Assembly (NCBI GenBank): GCA_964016885.1
Contig: OZ024747.1
Coordinates: 39,990,001-40,054,000, forward strand
From: Eledone cirrhosa
Lineage: Eukaryota
DNA: 64,000 bases
Direction of reading: 5' to 3'
In this document: piece by piece, positions 39,280-54,255 of the stretch
Position numbering within the stretch: position 1 is the stretch's first letter
Layout: each line of letters starts with the position of its first letter
Notes under the pieces: generated by a model
Databases searched by the model: none
What the model was told of the DNA's origin: nothing
The model's input: the letters and a program-made list of their open reading frames with translations, nothing else
Program-made: the position numbers and the translations under genes

Positions 39280-39606
39280 TGGTTCTATAAGGCAAAACTT
39301 TATATTTTCTCTATTGATGACTATGTATATATACATATTAGAAAGTGAGCTTTTATTTTACAAAATGAAAAATAACCGAGGTGTCCTATACGAGAGAAAG
39401 TATAAAGAAAAAAAAGATGAAATCGAAAATGCAACTGGAGTCTTATTTAAAAATATATATATATATATTTATTTGGTTCCTTTACCGGTTTCGCAGTTCT
39501 TCTGCTTTTCAAAAGTAGAGTTGAGATGGAGGGTCTGTGGTTTTTCTCACATATATATACATAGTCATCAATATAGAAAATATAAAGTTTTGCCTTATAG
39601 AACCAT
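39280..39606. repeat. About 55-bp inverted repeat with about 220-bp spacer
   Basis: atggttctataaggcaaaactttatattttct.tattgatgactatg versus its reverse complement at 39553-39606. Confidence 0.75.
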
Positions 39607-39623
39607 GCGTCTATAAATTAAGA

Positions 39624-39708
<85 letters not shown>

Positions 39709-39932
39709 CAGAGAGAAGGAGAGAAAGGGAGAGAGCGATCTATATAGACGCGTGCGTGCGATTGTGTGCACACAATCGCACGCACGCGTCTATAAATTCA
39801 GACACACACACACATATAGATCTCTCTCTCTCCCTTTCTCTCCTTTTACATACGCATACATACGCATATATATTCATGTATACATGAATATGTATGCGTA
39901 TGTAAACGGGCCTTCGCCGTCTTCTTCTCTCC

Positions 39933-40019
<87 letters not shown>

Positions 40020-40357
40020 TTCTATCTATCTATCTATCTATCTATATCTTGCATTCTCTGGCTGATGCTTCCGTCATTCACTCTACTGCATCCTAGTATC
40101 TTACTCACCTACAACTACGTAGATTCATACACTCTACTTTGTAAAACATTTTCACTGTCCAACAGCCACATTGATATATTTATGTACGGGTTAATAAGAC
40201 GTGGGATATTGACGAAAGTTTATGAACAAGCTATTAAATTCTCTTACATATTTCAAAGCACATAGATAGAGATATTTATAAGGAAAGTTGATAAGTATAG
40301 ACTGAAGCACATTGTATCAATAAAAACCAAATATAAACGTAACAAAGAATATGTAAA

Positions 40358-40474
40358 GCTTTTCACTTTCATCCTAATAGGCTCGATAAAATAAAGTAAC
40401 AGTGAGGCACCGGAGTCGATTTAATAGATTTTCCACATCCGCAAAATTGTTGGCCTTGTGTCTAAATCAGAAAC
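40358..40474 (+). mobile_element. SINE family 2, diverged partial
   Basis: ctttcatcc..cgataaaataaagt..tggccttgtg..agaaac. Confidence 0.55.
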
Positions 40475-41305
40475 TATATGTGTACGCAGTACGGTGTTCT
40501 TTGATAGAGAAACTTGATATATATCTGATTATATTAATCTGTAGGCTATATGTATGTATTGTGTAAGCAATATGTAAATTGTAGTAAATAGTGTTTTGTT
40601 TGAAAGCTATCAGTGTGAATTGAACAGTAAATGTTAAAAATATAACATTGATGTTATTTCATTACACGTCTTATAAATATACATTAATACATACACAGGA
40701 TTACTTAACCACGTTCACACACATACACACACACGCACGCACGCACACAAACACACACACACACACATACACGCACATAGGGGAGAAATTATTACATAAA
40801 GAGATACACACAAATTACTAAAAAGTCTCTCTGTATATATGAATGAGTGCGTGAATACTTATACAGCATATATGTGTTTATACTGATCTAAAGGTAAAGA
40901 TAGAAAAAAAAAGAAATGCAGGCAAACCGGACAAAACTGTTCATATTACAATAGAAGTGGTGTTATGTAAGTGGCTATAACGGGGAAAAAGTCTCGGAAA
41001 ATTCATTCTTCGGACAATGACAGTTTTAATTTGACAGGCAGTGAAAGACTAAATTCAATACCTCTTCTCTTTTCTAGAAGAACTTTTTTTTCTTAATGTT
41101 ACATATTAACTTGCCTAAAAAGCTAGTCATGTATATATATATATGAATGAAAAATGGCGTGCTGTGTTGTTGCGAATGTGATACATATGAAGTAAAAATT
41201 AGAAAGAGAAGCCGGGACTATCCATCATCAGTGATCTACTAGCCATCATAGGTATTTCTTCGCCTGGGGAAGCGTGTGTGCTTGAGTGTGTGTGTATAGA
41301 CTGGA

Positions 41306-41352
<47 letters not shown>

Positions 41353-41457
41353 TTATATGTATATGTATGTGTGTGCGTATGACTATGTTAATGTTTGAAT
41401 CTGTGTCTATGTGTGTATGTGTGTGTGCAGATATATAAGTATATATGTATGTATCTA

Positions 41458-41514
<57 letters not shown>

Positions 41515-41657
41515 CTATATATGTATATATATATATGTATATATATATATGTATATATGTATGTATATATATGTATATATATATATATGTATGTATCTAT
41601 ATATGTATATATATATATGTATGTATCTATCTATATATATAGATATATATGTATCTA

Positions 41658-41761
<104 letters not shown>

Positions 41762-41923
41762 GTTCGATGGCAGGCGAAGTCTACGATACAGATATATCTG
41801 TAAATATATAGAATAGGTAATTGAGACTGCACCAATACACATATGAGTATACATATGTTTAACATGTAGATATGCAAACATGCCAGAAAATACGAATTTC
41901 TCTGATATATATATATATATATT

Positions 41924-42150
<227 letters not shown>

Positions 42151-42383
42151 ATATATATATAAGTATTTGTATATATATATAGTTCCGTTGACAATTATAC
42201 TAATGTGAACAGACACACAGATATATTGTCCTTGGTATGACAGTGTGGTTTTAGCTCAATGTATCATGTATTGTGTGTTGCTCTATACAGCCCTGGCCTG
42301 GGACCCCCTTACTTGTCCGTCTTCCTTGTTCTGGTGACTAGGCTCGATGGATTCTGCAACCTTTGATATATTTTTGTTTCTAG

Positions 42384-42428
42384 GCTCCGATGATTCCTGC
42401 CGTTGGGTATGGATGAAACACTGTTAGC
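42384..42428 (+). ncRNA. CCGAUGA-variant hammerhead
   Basis: gct-CCGATGA-t(tcc..gga)t-GAAAC-act-GTT-agc. Confidence 0.6.
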
Positions 42429-42536
42429 ACATAAAACAATGTATTTCTAAGCACTCTTTGGTTATTCCTAAACTTATATATATATATAAGTATTTTTATA
42501 CATATATATACATATATATAAGTATTTGTATATATA

Positions 42537-42820
<284 letters not shown>

Positions 42821-42825
42821 GTCCA

Positions 42826-42956
42826 GAAATAGCCGTCGAAACGGCTTGAGCTCTGCTGTCGGGGTCATACTTTCTCCTATTACTCACTCTACTACCCTAA
42901 GTATTGAGTACTCTGGTGCGTTATGGTCCATCTGGTTCCTTACCACAACTCCTCCG

Positions 42957-42958
<2 letters not shown>
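42826..42958 (+). mobile_element. Family F copy truncated in stem II
   Basis: atagccgtc-GAAAC-ggcttgagctctgct-GTC-gggg plus a tail matching 36315-36391. Confidence 0.75.
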
Positions 42959-43049
<91 letters not shown>

Positions 43050-43236
43050 ATTTATACCTTTCATTTGTATATATATATATATATATATAGTAATTGATCA
43101 GTAACATATATCTAAAATAGATAAATAATAGATAAATGATACATAATCCACTATAATACATAAGTTGTGTTTAGCCGAGTTTGTAATTCAAATGTATAGC
43201 AACAGATATCTGTTTACTTTCGATATGTTTATTATT

Positions 43237-43420
43237 GGATTGGCAGTATCGGTAGAGGGTCGGACGTCATGCTTTGAAGCATAGAGTTACGGCCCTTTCC
43301 ATTCTGAGTTCAAATCCTGCCGAGGTCAACTTTCCCTTTCATCCTTATGGGGCCGATAAAATAAAGTACCAGTAATACACAGGGTTAATTGCTGGCCTTG
43401 TGCCTATTGTAGAAACAATT
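43237..43420 (+). mobile_element. SINE family 2 (tRNA head, Meta/LF-SINE-like central domain from memory)
   Basis: A box TGGCAGTATCGG, B box GAGTTCAAATC, GAGGTCAACTTT.CCTTTCATCC..GATAAAATAAAGTACCAG. Confidence 0.75.
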
Positions 43421-43647
43421 ATATATGTAAGCATGTATGTATGTATAGGTCTGTGTGTATGTGGATATATATGTGTGTGTATATATGTATATATATATAT
43501 ATACATATATTTATAAAAAATATACATATTATGTACATCTATATATACATGTATGTATATATATACGTATATATATTTGTATGTGTATATATACGTATAT
43601 ATATGTATACACATATACATATATATATGTATATTTATGTGTGTGCG

Positions 43648-43706
<59 letters not shown>

Positions 43707-44210
43707 GTGTGTGTGTGTGAGTCTATATATGCGTGATATTTATACGTATATATGTTTGTTCCTGTGTGCGCGTATCTGGGCTCTGACGCGCGTGTGTGAA
43801 TGAGTGTGTATAAAGTAAGGGCTTCTCAGACCTTTGAGGGGATTCTACAATATTAACTATTCTCGACAGAGAAAAAATATTTAATATTTGCTGTGTGAAT
43901 CATTATTTATTTGTATTGGCCATTTTTATTTGTCTCTATAAGCACTGATGCGGAGCGTTTAGACGTTTCTCCTGGTTATACAGCTAACAATATTACAGTT
44001 TTGATCATGTATCACAAAACTCTGCTGAATGCGGCTTGCACTTTTATTTTTACACATATACAGCTGAACGTGACACCTATGCATGTCAATATAAAATTGC
44101 AATTGGGATAGTGATATGGTGATGCACCTCCTGGTCATATATACCATAGTAGTAAACATGTAACATGTATATATATTATATATCTATATGAGTTTATATA
44201 TATATGAGTT

Positions 44211-44258
<48 letters not shown>

Positions 44259-44260
<2 letters not shown>

Positions 44261-44592
44261 GGAGGTGAGTTTTATTGTAGTACAATAAAGCAATGCAGAT
44301 ATCGGATAAGAAGCACTCTACAGTTTGTGGGACTGGAGTATGCATAATATAAGATCAAAAGATGGTTAAAGGAGTTCCATATATTTTATTATGCGCATTT
44401 CAAAAACAAACATCATCAAGCAATAATATTTGTGTTTTCATCAGATAAAACAGGAGAACATATCATGTTCAGCCTTCATATCATGTTCTCCTGTTTTATC
44501 TGATGAAAACACAAATATTATTGCTTGATGATGTTTGTTTTTGAAATGCGCATAATAAAATATATGGAACTCCTTTAACCATCTTTTGATCT

Positions 44593-44600
<8 letters not shown>
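44259..44600 (-). mobile_element. Fold-back hammerhead element, family H
   Basis: Arms 44344-44461/44484-44600; ttttat-CTGATGA-..-GAAA-tgcgc-ATA-ataaaa on both strands. Confidence 0.8.
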
Positions 44601-44657
<57 letters not shown>

Positions 44658-44673
44658 TATATTATGAAAATAA

Positions 44674-44712
<39 letters not shown>

Positions 44713-44966
44713 ATAATATTAAATTTGAAGACTAAAATCCAAAGTGGGCTCGATAAGGATAAATATATATCAAATATATAAGAACCGTAGAGCAAATATT
44801 CTTTGCTTAAACTTTAATCTGTCATTTTAATAAGTATATATATATATTTATTAAAATAACAGATTAAAGTTTAAGCACTGAATAGATGCTTTCACCCTTA
44901 AATATAGCATTCTTATTGCGTGTACAGGTAATGAAACTGTGTATACATTTTTGGGGAATTTGGGAA

Positions 44967-45012
<46 letters not shown>

Positions 45013-45151
45013 ATGTATATATATATGTGTGCGTGTGTGTGCGTGTGTATGTGTGTGTGTATGTGTATGTATGTGTGTGTGTGTGTCTGTGTATGTGCAT
45101 GTGTGTGTATGCGTGTGTGAATGTGTGTGTATGAGAGTATATATATATATT

Positions 45152-45208
<57 letters not shown>

Positions 45209-45467
45209 ATAGAAGGAGAGGAAGAACCCGTTATTAAAGTTATTAAACTAGGTGCCTCAGTAAACATTTACAGATTTACAAGCTTTCATTTTCTAGCAAT
45301 GTTGAACCTGATTTTAACAAATAAATATGTCTCCTCATAACTTATGAAACACTTGCTTTTTTTACGATATTCACCAGAAAATTTCGTTCATTCTCTCTCT
45401 CCCTCTTTCTTTCATCCTTTCTATCTTAAAGATATGTTTGTGGGTATATAAATGTGTGTGTGTATAT

Positions 45468-45502
<35 letters not shown>

Positions 45503-45673
45503 CATATATATATATATATTAATATATCTATTTATATATATATATACATATATATATGTATATATATATACATATATATATATACATATATATATGTATA
45601 TATGTATATATATATACACATATATATAAACATATATATATATGTATATGTATATACATATATATACATACAT

Positions 45674-45745
<72 letters not shown>

Positions 45746-45787
45746 TATACATACATATATATACATATATATATTCATATATATATG

Positions 45788-45852
<65 letters not shown>

Positions 45853-45894
45853 TTATACATATATATACATATACATATATATATATACATATAC

Positions 45895-45938
<44 letters not shown>

Positions 45939-46012
45939 ATAATAATAAATTTGAAGACTAAAATCCAAAGAGGGCTCGATATATATATATATATGCATAT
46001 ATACAGATATAT

Positions 46013-46098
<86 letters not shown>

Positions 46099-46105
<7 letters not shown>

Positions 46106-46328
46106 GTGGTGACAGTCAAGTTTGCAATTTTCAACAGTTGAAAATTGCAAACTTGACTGTCACCACACAATATGAACCTGAAGATTGCGAAAGCATGAAA
46201 GTACTTGTTCAATTAACACTTAACATTTAATATTCTACCATACTATTTCATTCTAATACCATTATAAATTTTAAAGGATTGTAAATAAAACGACTAAATC
46301 AGACAAAGTTGGAATTCCTTTTATTAAT
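46099..46328 (+). mobile_element. Perfect palindrome followed by a compact hammerhead
   Basis: Palindrome 46099-46173; HHR 46173-46211: tgaac-CTGAAGA-t(tgc GAAA gca)t-GAAA-gta-CTT-gttca. Confidence 0.8.
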
Positions 46329-46387
46329 ATATATATATGTATATAATACCAAAGTAACGAAAGAACTAACAGGTTAAAAAAATACAC

Positions 46388-46422
<35 letters not shown>

Positions 46423-47020
46423 AAATGGCGAAACATGCCCCTGGTGAGTGTGTACATGTGTGATTTAGGTGAGGATGGTTTCATTTCAATTTATACTTTT
46501 AATTTTACCAATGCCTCTAGTAGCTTATATTTTCTTCACGCTGGTGGTTTGAAATTCCTGCAAAGAAAAACAAAGAAAACAAAGAAAAACAAAGAAAAAC
46601 AAAGAAAAACAAAGAAAAGCTCTTTGGTGTCTTTCCCCTCTATATATTGTATATATATATATACATGTGATTTTGGAGACCCTGCTGGACAAAAAACAAA
46701 GCCTGACAAAGTGCGGAAGAACTCATAAGAGTCAACGGCCATCCAAAAGTCTGTAAATATGTATATACACATGTACATATGTGTGTATATGTATATGTGT
46801 ATACACATGGGTGCATGTGTATGTATAAGCGCAGGGACATAGAAATAGTCGGGCTGGACACCCGATCGCGTGGTTAAACCACTGGGAGTGAAAGACCCCT
46901 AGCCTTTGTCTGGGCATTCTTCTAGGAGACGGTAACTCAGGAAACTGGGATATTTGTTGAGTGCTTTATATCAGTTATAAAAATATTTGCTTGTTGTATC
47001 ACAACAATTTAAATAGAACT

Positions 47021-47107
<87 letters not shown>

Positions 47108-47155
47108 TATGTATGTATACGTACATACATATATGTATACAGACGTACAGTAGCA

Positions 47156-47215
<60 letters not shown>

Positions 47216-47320
47216 CAGGTACACATACATATATGCACGCATATATATATGTATATGTATATGCATATGTATATGTATATATATAAATATACATATATAT
47301 ACTTATATATATATATGTAT

Positions 47321-47535
47321 ATGGAGGCACGTAGTCTAGTGGTAAAGGTGTTGGACTTACAATCATAATGTCATGGGTTCGATTCTAGTGTTGTGTTTCA
47401 CATTGTTCCAGTTTACTCAACCCTGCGATGGACTGGCGTCCTGTCCAGGGGGAAGTATTGTACTCTCGGTCGCTTCACGCTATGAAACCGGGATAATCAC
47501 GTCCCAAATGAGCCTTCTGGCTTAAGACAGACTTT
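47321..47535 (+). mobile_element. tRNA-derived SINE (CORE-like family, internally deleted)
   Basis: TAGTCTAGTGG / GGTTCGATTC, tttcacattgttccagtttactca. Confidence 0.65.
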
Positions 47536-48180
47536 AGCCTTAGATAGAGCTATATACATATATATATAATTATATATATATTATATATATATAGGATTAT
47601 ATATATTTTATATGTATATATATATAATACATATATAATATATATATATATATATATATTAACTCGTATGTGGTTCATTGTTGAGAGAAAAAAGTACTTA
47701 ATACCGAAGTTAAAATATTCATATTAATTCTAAATATTGATCCTTATTACATATATACATATTTATATTTACACATTTATAATATATATATATATATGTG
47801 TGTGTGTATGTGTATGTGTGTGTGTAATGTTCAAGTTCCATCTGGTTTTATAAATAAATTTTAATATTTTTTTTTTTAGTTGTTTATGATTAGTTTGACC
47901 CAAAATACTTAAGACTTTTCACGTTTCAAACCTATAGTGCTTTATCGTATATGTAATCTCATGTGTTTGAAAGCAAACTTATATATATAAATAAATAAAT
48001 AAATGGCATTGTTAATTAATAAATAAATCAACTAATACCTTAACACTTCACACAAAGTAAAATATTTCGTTTTAATCATTTTCTAACCCAGAAAAAAAGA
48101 GAGAAAAAATAAAAAGTTAAAAAATATATTTTTCTTCCTAATAATCGTTTTCTTCTCCCTGTTTTCATATATATATATAT

Positions 48181-48346
48181 ATTAAAATAACAGATTAAAG
48201 TTTAAGCAAAGATTCGCTGCTTTCACCCTTAACGGGATCTTCTGAAACTTTAATAAATATTTGCTCTACGGTTCTTACATATCTGATATATATTTATTCT
48301 TATCGAGCCCTCTTTAGATTTTAGTCTTCAAATTTATTATTATTAC
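48181..48346 (+). repeat. Short (TA)n-flanked repeat family
   Basis: Recurs inverted at 44710-44833 and 45937-45980. Confidence 0.65.
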
Positions 48347-48452
<106 letters not shown>

Positions 48453-48682
48453 CGTATATATGTGTACATGTGAGAGTGTCAGTCTGTTTATACATATACT
48501 TATTTGCAAGTTCAATTTTCAAGTAGAGTCCACCATGAAATAAAGAGATCAAAGCGTTGTTAAACTTCGGATATTAATACCTGTAGCAATTGGTCCTTTC
48601 TTCAGCTCAGCTATCTTAAACGAAGAGACCAGATGAATATGACTAAACAATTAATAATATTAATGATATATACTTGTATGTA

Positions 48683-48743
<61 letters not shown>

Positions 48744-48788
48744 CACATATATATATATACATATATACATATGTATATATATATATAT

Positions 48789-49038
48789 GTAGGAGGTGAG
48801 TTTTATTGTAGTACAATAAAGCAATGCAGATATCGGATAAGAAGCACTCTACAGTTTGAAGGACTGGAGTATACATAATATATAAGATCAAAAGATGGTT
48901 AAAAGAGTTCCATGTATTTTATTATACGCATTTCAAAAACAAATATCATCATGCAATAACATTTGTGTTTTCATCAGATAAAATAGGAAGACATGATATG
49001 AAGGTTAAAAAACACTTGTGAATAGTGCAGTTTTAAAT

Positions 49039-49043
<5 letters not shown>
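48789..49043 (-). mobile_element. Family H copy without fold-back
   Basis: Near-identical to 44259-44450; HHR core tcatcag 48971-48977. Confidence 0.8.
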
Positions 49044-49109
<66 letters not shown>

Positions 49110-49197
49110 TACATATATACATATATATATATACATATATATATACATATATACATATATATATATATAAATATACATATATATATACCTATATACA

Positions 49198-49642
49198 TAT
49201 TATAAAATAACAGGAGGCTGGACTGGTGTAAATCCTTGAAAGGTTTATTATTCTATGATCATTTCAATGACCGGGTTCAGTATGAATCCGGTGACATCAT
49301 CAGGTATTCAAAATATAACAAAGGAACATAACAGATAAAATCCATTTCAGCCCCATGGATTTTATCTGTTATATTACTTTGTTATATTTTGAATACCTGA
49401 TGATGTCACCGGATTCATACTGAACCCGGTCATTGAAATGATCATAGTATAATAAACCTTTCAAGGATTTATACCAGTCAAGCCTCCTGTTATTTTATAA
49501 TAATTAACTCAGTACTCGCACCACCAACAACACAAATGAAGACTGGTGAGTTGCATTACGTTGAGTGCTCTCCATAATATTACTTCAAGGTTGACCATAC
49601 GGAATGACCAGTTCTATCCAGTGGTGAACCAACAAACCTAAA
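49198..49642 (+). mobile_element. Fold-back hammerhead element, family I
   Basis: Palindrome 49198-49502. HHR 49393-49450: atac-CTGATGA-tg..accgg..ccggt..-GAAA-tgatc-ATA-gtat. Tail recurs at 9668-9720. Confidence 0.8.
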
Positions 49643-49653
49643 TATATAAATAA

Positions 49654-49718
<65 letters not shown>

Positions 49719-49735
49719 CGTATATATATATACGC

Positions 49736-49838
<103 letters not shown>

Positions 49839-49881
49839 TATATATATATATACATATACATGTATATATATATATATGTAT

Positions 49882-50054
49882 TTCCACCCCTCCTCCACAC
49901 ACCCTCGGAACTCTCTTCCTAAACTATTTTCTCCTGAAAAAGGGCCTATGCCCGAAACGCCCCCCCCCCCCCCCCACCCCCCACTCTCAAGAGCGTGAAC
50001 CTAATGTACCTTTTTTGTCTGCCTCTCTGTTTTGTTCCAGTCCAAATTTGCACT
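49882..50054 (+). mobile_element. 3' end of the PLE family seen at 10241, decayed hammerhead
   Basis: ctgaaaa-agggcctatgccc-gaaacgc..ccactctcaagagcgtgaa..ctgcctctctgttttgttcc. Confidence 0.7.
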
Positions 50055-50078
50055 ATATATATATATATATATATATAT

Positions 50079-50616
50079 AATAAAATAAAATAAATAAGTC
50101 AAATGTTTAAAATTTAGCTTCGTTTATTACTGCTATATATATTTCGGTGTCAGCCATCTTTGGCTGTGGCCTCCTCAGGCAGTCCTAATTAGTGTGGTAT
50201 AGACAAGTACATATGTTGTTGAGGTGTATAACATTGTCAATACTCTGATATGCCCAGTTCCTGGTTGGGTTGTTATTTCACTGAGGAACTGGAATCAATA
50301 TGACTCCAGTTCCTTAGTGAAATAACAACCCAACCAGGAACTGGGCATATCAGATTATTGACAATGTTATACACCTCAACAACATATGTACTTGTCTATA
50401 CCACACTAATTCGGACTGCCTGAAGAGGTCACAGCCAAAGATGGCTGTCACCGAAATATATATAACAGTAATAAACGAAGCTAAATTTTAAACATTTGAC
50501 TTATTTATTTTATTTTATTTTACATTACTCCGGAGTAACCAAACCAACCTGCGCACTTCGTCGAGTGCTCCAATCTGCATACTGAGGTGATGGTATACAA
50601 CCAACATATACTCAAA

Positions 50617-50620
<4 letters not shown>
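50079..50620 (+). mobile_element. Fold-back hammerhead element, family J
   Basis: About 220-bp arms, centre about 50299. actgc-CTGAAGA-ggt.acagcca aaga tggctgt.acc-GAAA-tatat-ATA-(g/a)cagt at 50415-50469 and rc 50129-50183. Confidence 0.85.
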
Positions 50621-50672
<52 letters not shown>

Positions 50673-50977
50673 CAGATTTGATTTAATGCCGTGTTGAGCA
50701 ATGCAAGGTTTGTTGAAATCGGGAAAAATGTTTGTGATTTGATTTCTCCAGATTTCTCCAGTACGTACGTGATTTCAGTTTTGACTGATTTTTAACTTAA
50801 AAGTAACCTCATGTAGGTGATATGAGTGAAATTAGAATTTGAATATTTTTTTAGGCAAGTCTTGTATTTAAAGCCTATCCTACGTTTCGTGTCGTATTTT
50901 AGAATATTTTTAAGATGTGTCTTCTCTTATAATATTTATATATATAGATGTGTGTGTATATATATATATATATATAT

Positions 50978-51168
50978 AATTAGGAAGGATTCGGTTTGAA
51001 ACTGGTTAGACTATTACTCAATAGGGTACTCGATACTTGAGGTAATAGAGTATGGTTATATTATAAAGAGTCGGGAGACCTTGCCGTTTCAACAGCTAGT
51101 TCCCGAGTCTGGAACTATCTTTTGAAACAGCAAGAGCTCAACCGTTGGCTTCCCGACTCCTTATAATA
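50978..51168 (-). mobile_element. Diverged family-F-like fold-back hinged in stem II
   Basis: IR 51059-51168, gtttcaacagctagttcc/ggaactatcttttgaaac, gagctc loop, tail with tcgagtac. Confidence 0.55.
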
Positions 51169-53052
51169 TATATATAAAATTGTTTAATATTTGAAACATA
51201 AGTTGTAACTTGTTTTAAGGAAGGCATATTATAAAAAAAAAAAAAAAGACGGTTCAGCACTCACTTAGAATCTAGTATATTCACTACTTGCATGATTTTG
51301 ATGCAATGAGAGAAAAAATATTTTGAAGTAATTTCAAATCGGTTAGAGAAGAAAGTGTGACGCGCTAACTTGTTATGGGTCACATGCTTTAAGGCATGTT
51401 ATTTCTTTTATACACGTCACCATTTAGTGCTTCCCTTGTCGAGATTTAGGCCTTCCCAAGTAATATTTAGAGGAAGCAGCCTTCGTTACCCAGTACCGTT
51501 ACTGTCGGCAAATGGGAACGTCTTCCTATGTATACAATGTAGTGTTTCTTATAGAACATTTGTATATATACATAGAGAGCAAAGACGCATTAGCTGCATC
51601 ATTCCTGACAATCCAGTCAACTTTAATATCCAAGAACTGTACTGGACAGAAACTCCATTGGCGTCTTATTTTGCAGTAAAAAAACTTACTTTAAAAATAT
51701 TCTACTGAATACATATATTGATATCATGAAGCCGTTACGATGCCTGAGATATGTAAACTTAAAACCATCAAGGTTAAGGGCAATCTTTTAAAGTGTGTCA
51801 AGTATTTGTAAATTTACAGAAGAGTGTACTGCAAATAAGTGTGAAATAACTGAAGGTAATAAAATGTTAGGCCATTACATCTTTTAAACTTTTGCGCTCC
51901 AATGAAGCGGTAATTTTCTCCATGTCTCCGTGGCGCTTTTCAACTAAATTCCTAAACTAAAGTGATACTAGTCTATCAGAGTAATATTGTCCTACACGGA
52001 GAAAAAACACAACAGCTTAGCAATTCGATTATTGACATTAACGTAACTGTTTACAGAGATGCATCATGACATCCTACTTGCAGCTAGGTGAACTTTGCCA
52101 TTGAAACATCTATCAATGCGCGAATGCAAGAATTCGAACTACCAACTCCTGTTGACTATAGCAAGAACCATCTTATATTTCTTCCAATTTTCCTTTAGTT
52201 TTAAAGGGTTCAGTGTAAATCAACAGATGACATCTTATCTTCCGTCAATATGTTTAAAAGCCCATTCTAAGGACGGAAGGCAGCACCTTTGACTGTTTTC
52301 AAGACTTCCAAAAGTATTAGAATGAAGGGACGAATTCATTTCTATACAAGAATATTGTCACGAATGGTATATTGAAATTCTGTTTCTAGTCGGGACGTTC
52401 ACTCTGCTGGTACCTATCCCGACGGAGATTAAAATACAGGATACTAATCCATTGCAGGTTAAGCTCCAGCTTTTACTGGTCCTTATTTTCAGTAGATTGA
52501 AGTGTTTTGCTCAGGAACACAGTGCGCTGACCGGTCCAAAAGTTAAAGCCACGATATTAAGATCGTGCGGTCAACCGTTTAATGAGCAGGCCAGACAATT
52601 TCACTGCAAAAGATAGTAACACATTAAAATCAGCTTCAGGCAATAATAGACAATCTGATATGGTTAAATCACGTAACTGATTAATCCTATCAGTCATCAA
52701 CAAGTCCTGTCCCTCCGATAAGTTTCTCCCCCTTAACTTTCAGAAAAATGTTATACAAAATATTTTCGCAAATTCAAGTCCATTATAAGATACTTGCCTA
52801 CGTTGCCTGCACAATATTCCTTAAGATGAAGCATATTTAAACAAAAAAGGCTCCCAGTCACAGAACAATCTAAGATATGTCGGTAAATATTATAATTATG
52901 AATCGTTATAGCAGTATAGATTTAGGATCGTTAATTGTGTGGACTGAACTTTTAGATGGCAACAATGTAACCCAGCATTAAACTGATGTGATTGGATTTT
53001 AGTGGATTGGGTGCAACATTTGTACCACTCTTACTTCCCCTTCTCTCCATTA

Positions 53053-53128
53053 CACTACTACTACTACTATACTACTACTACTACTACTACAGCTGCTGTT
53101 GTTGCTGCTGCTGCTGCTGCTACTACTA

Positions 53129-53179
<51 letters not shown>

Positions 53180-53696
53180 AACCTACTGCTCTTGTCACAG
53201 TTTCTGCTACTACTACTCTACTACTGTTGCTGCTACTACTGCTACTACTACTCCTGCTACTACTGTTGCTGCTACTACTCCTGCTACTACTGCTACTACT
53301 ACTCTACTACTGTTGCTGCTACTACTCCTGCTACTACTGCTGCTACTACTACTGCTACTACTACTGCTGCTACTCCCGCTACTACTTCTGCTACTATTGC
53401 TACTCTTACTGCTACTACTGCTACTACTACTGCTACTACTGCTACTACTACTGCTACTACTGCTGCTACTCCTGCTACTACTTCTGCTGCTAGTATGCTA
53501 CTATTGCTGCTACTACTACTGCTACTACGACTGCTACTACGACTGCTACTACGACTGCTACTACTGTTGCTGCTACTACTACTACTGCTACTACTGCTGC
53601 TACTACTGTTGCTGCTACTACTACTACTTCTGCTACTACTACTGCTACTACTACTGCTACTACTACTGCTACTACTACTGCTACTACTACTACTAT

Positions 53697-53754
<58 letters not shown>

Positions 53755-53978
53755 GTTGCTACTACTACTACTTCTACTACTACTACTGCTACTACTACTT
53801 CTGCTACTACTTCTGCTACTACTTCTGCTGCTACTACTACTACTACTGCTACTACTACTACTGCTACTACTACTGCTACTACTACTACTGCTACTACTAC
53901 TACTGCTACTACTACTACTGCTACTACTACTACTGCTACTACTACTTCTGCTACTACTTTTGTTGCTACTACTACTAC

Positions 53979-54030
<52 letters not shown>

Positions 54031-54255
54031 GCTACTACTACTACTGCTACTACTATTACTGCTACTACTACTTCTGCTACTACTTCTGCTACTACTACTG
54101 CTACTACTGTTGCTACTACTGTTGCTACTACTACTGCTACTACTACTGCTACTACTACTGCTACTACTGTTGCTACTACTGTTGCTACTACTACTGCTAC
54201 TACTACTGCTACTACTACTGCTACTACTACTGCTACTACTACTGCTACTGCTGCT
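53053..54255. repeat. (CTA)n/(CTG)n compound microsatellite
   Basis: Direct reading. Confidence 0.95.
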
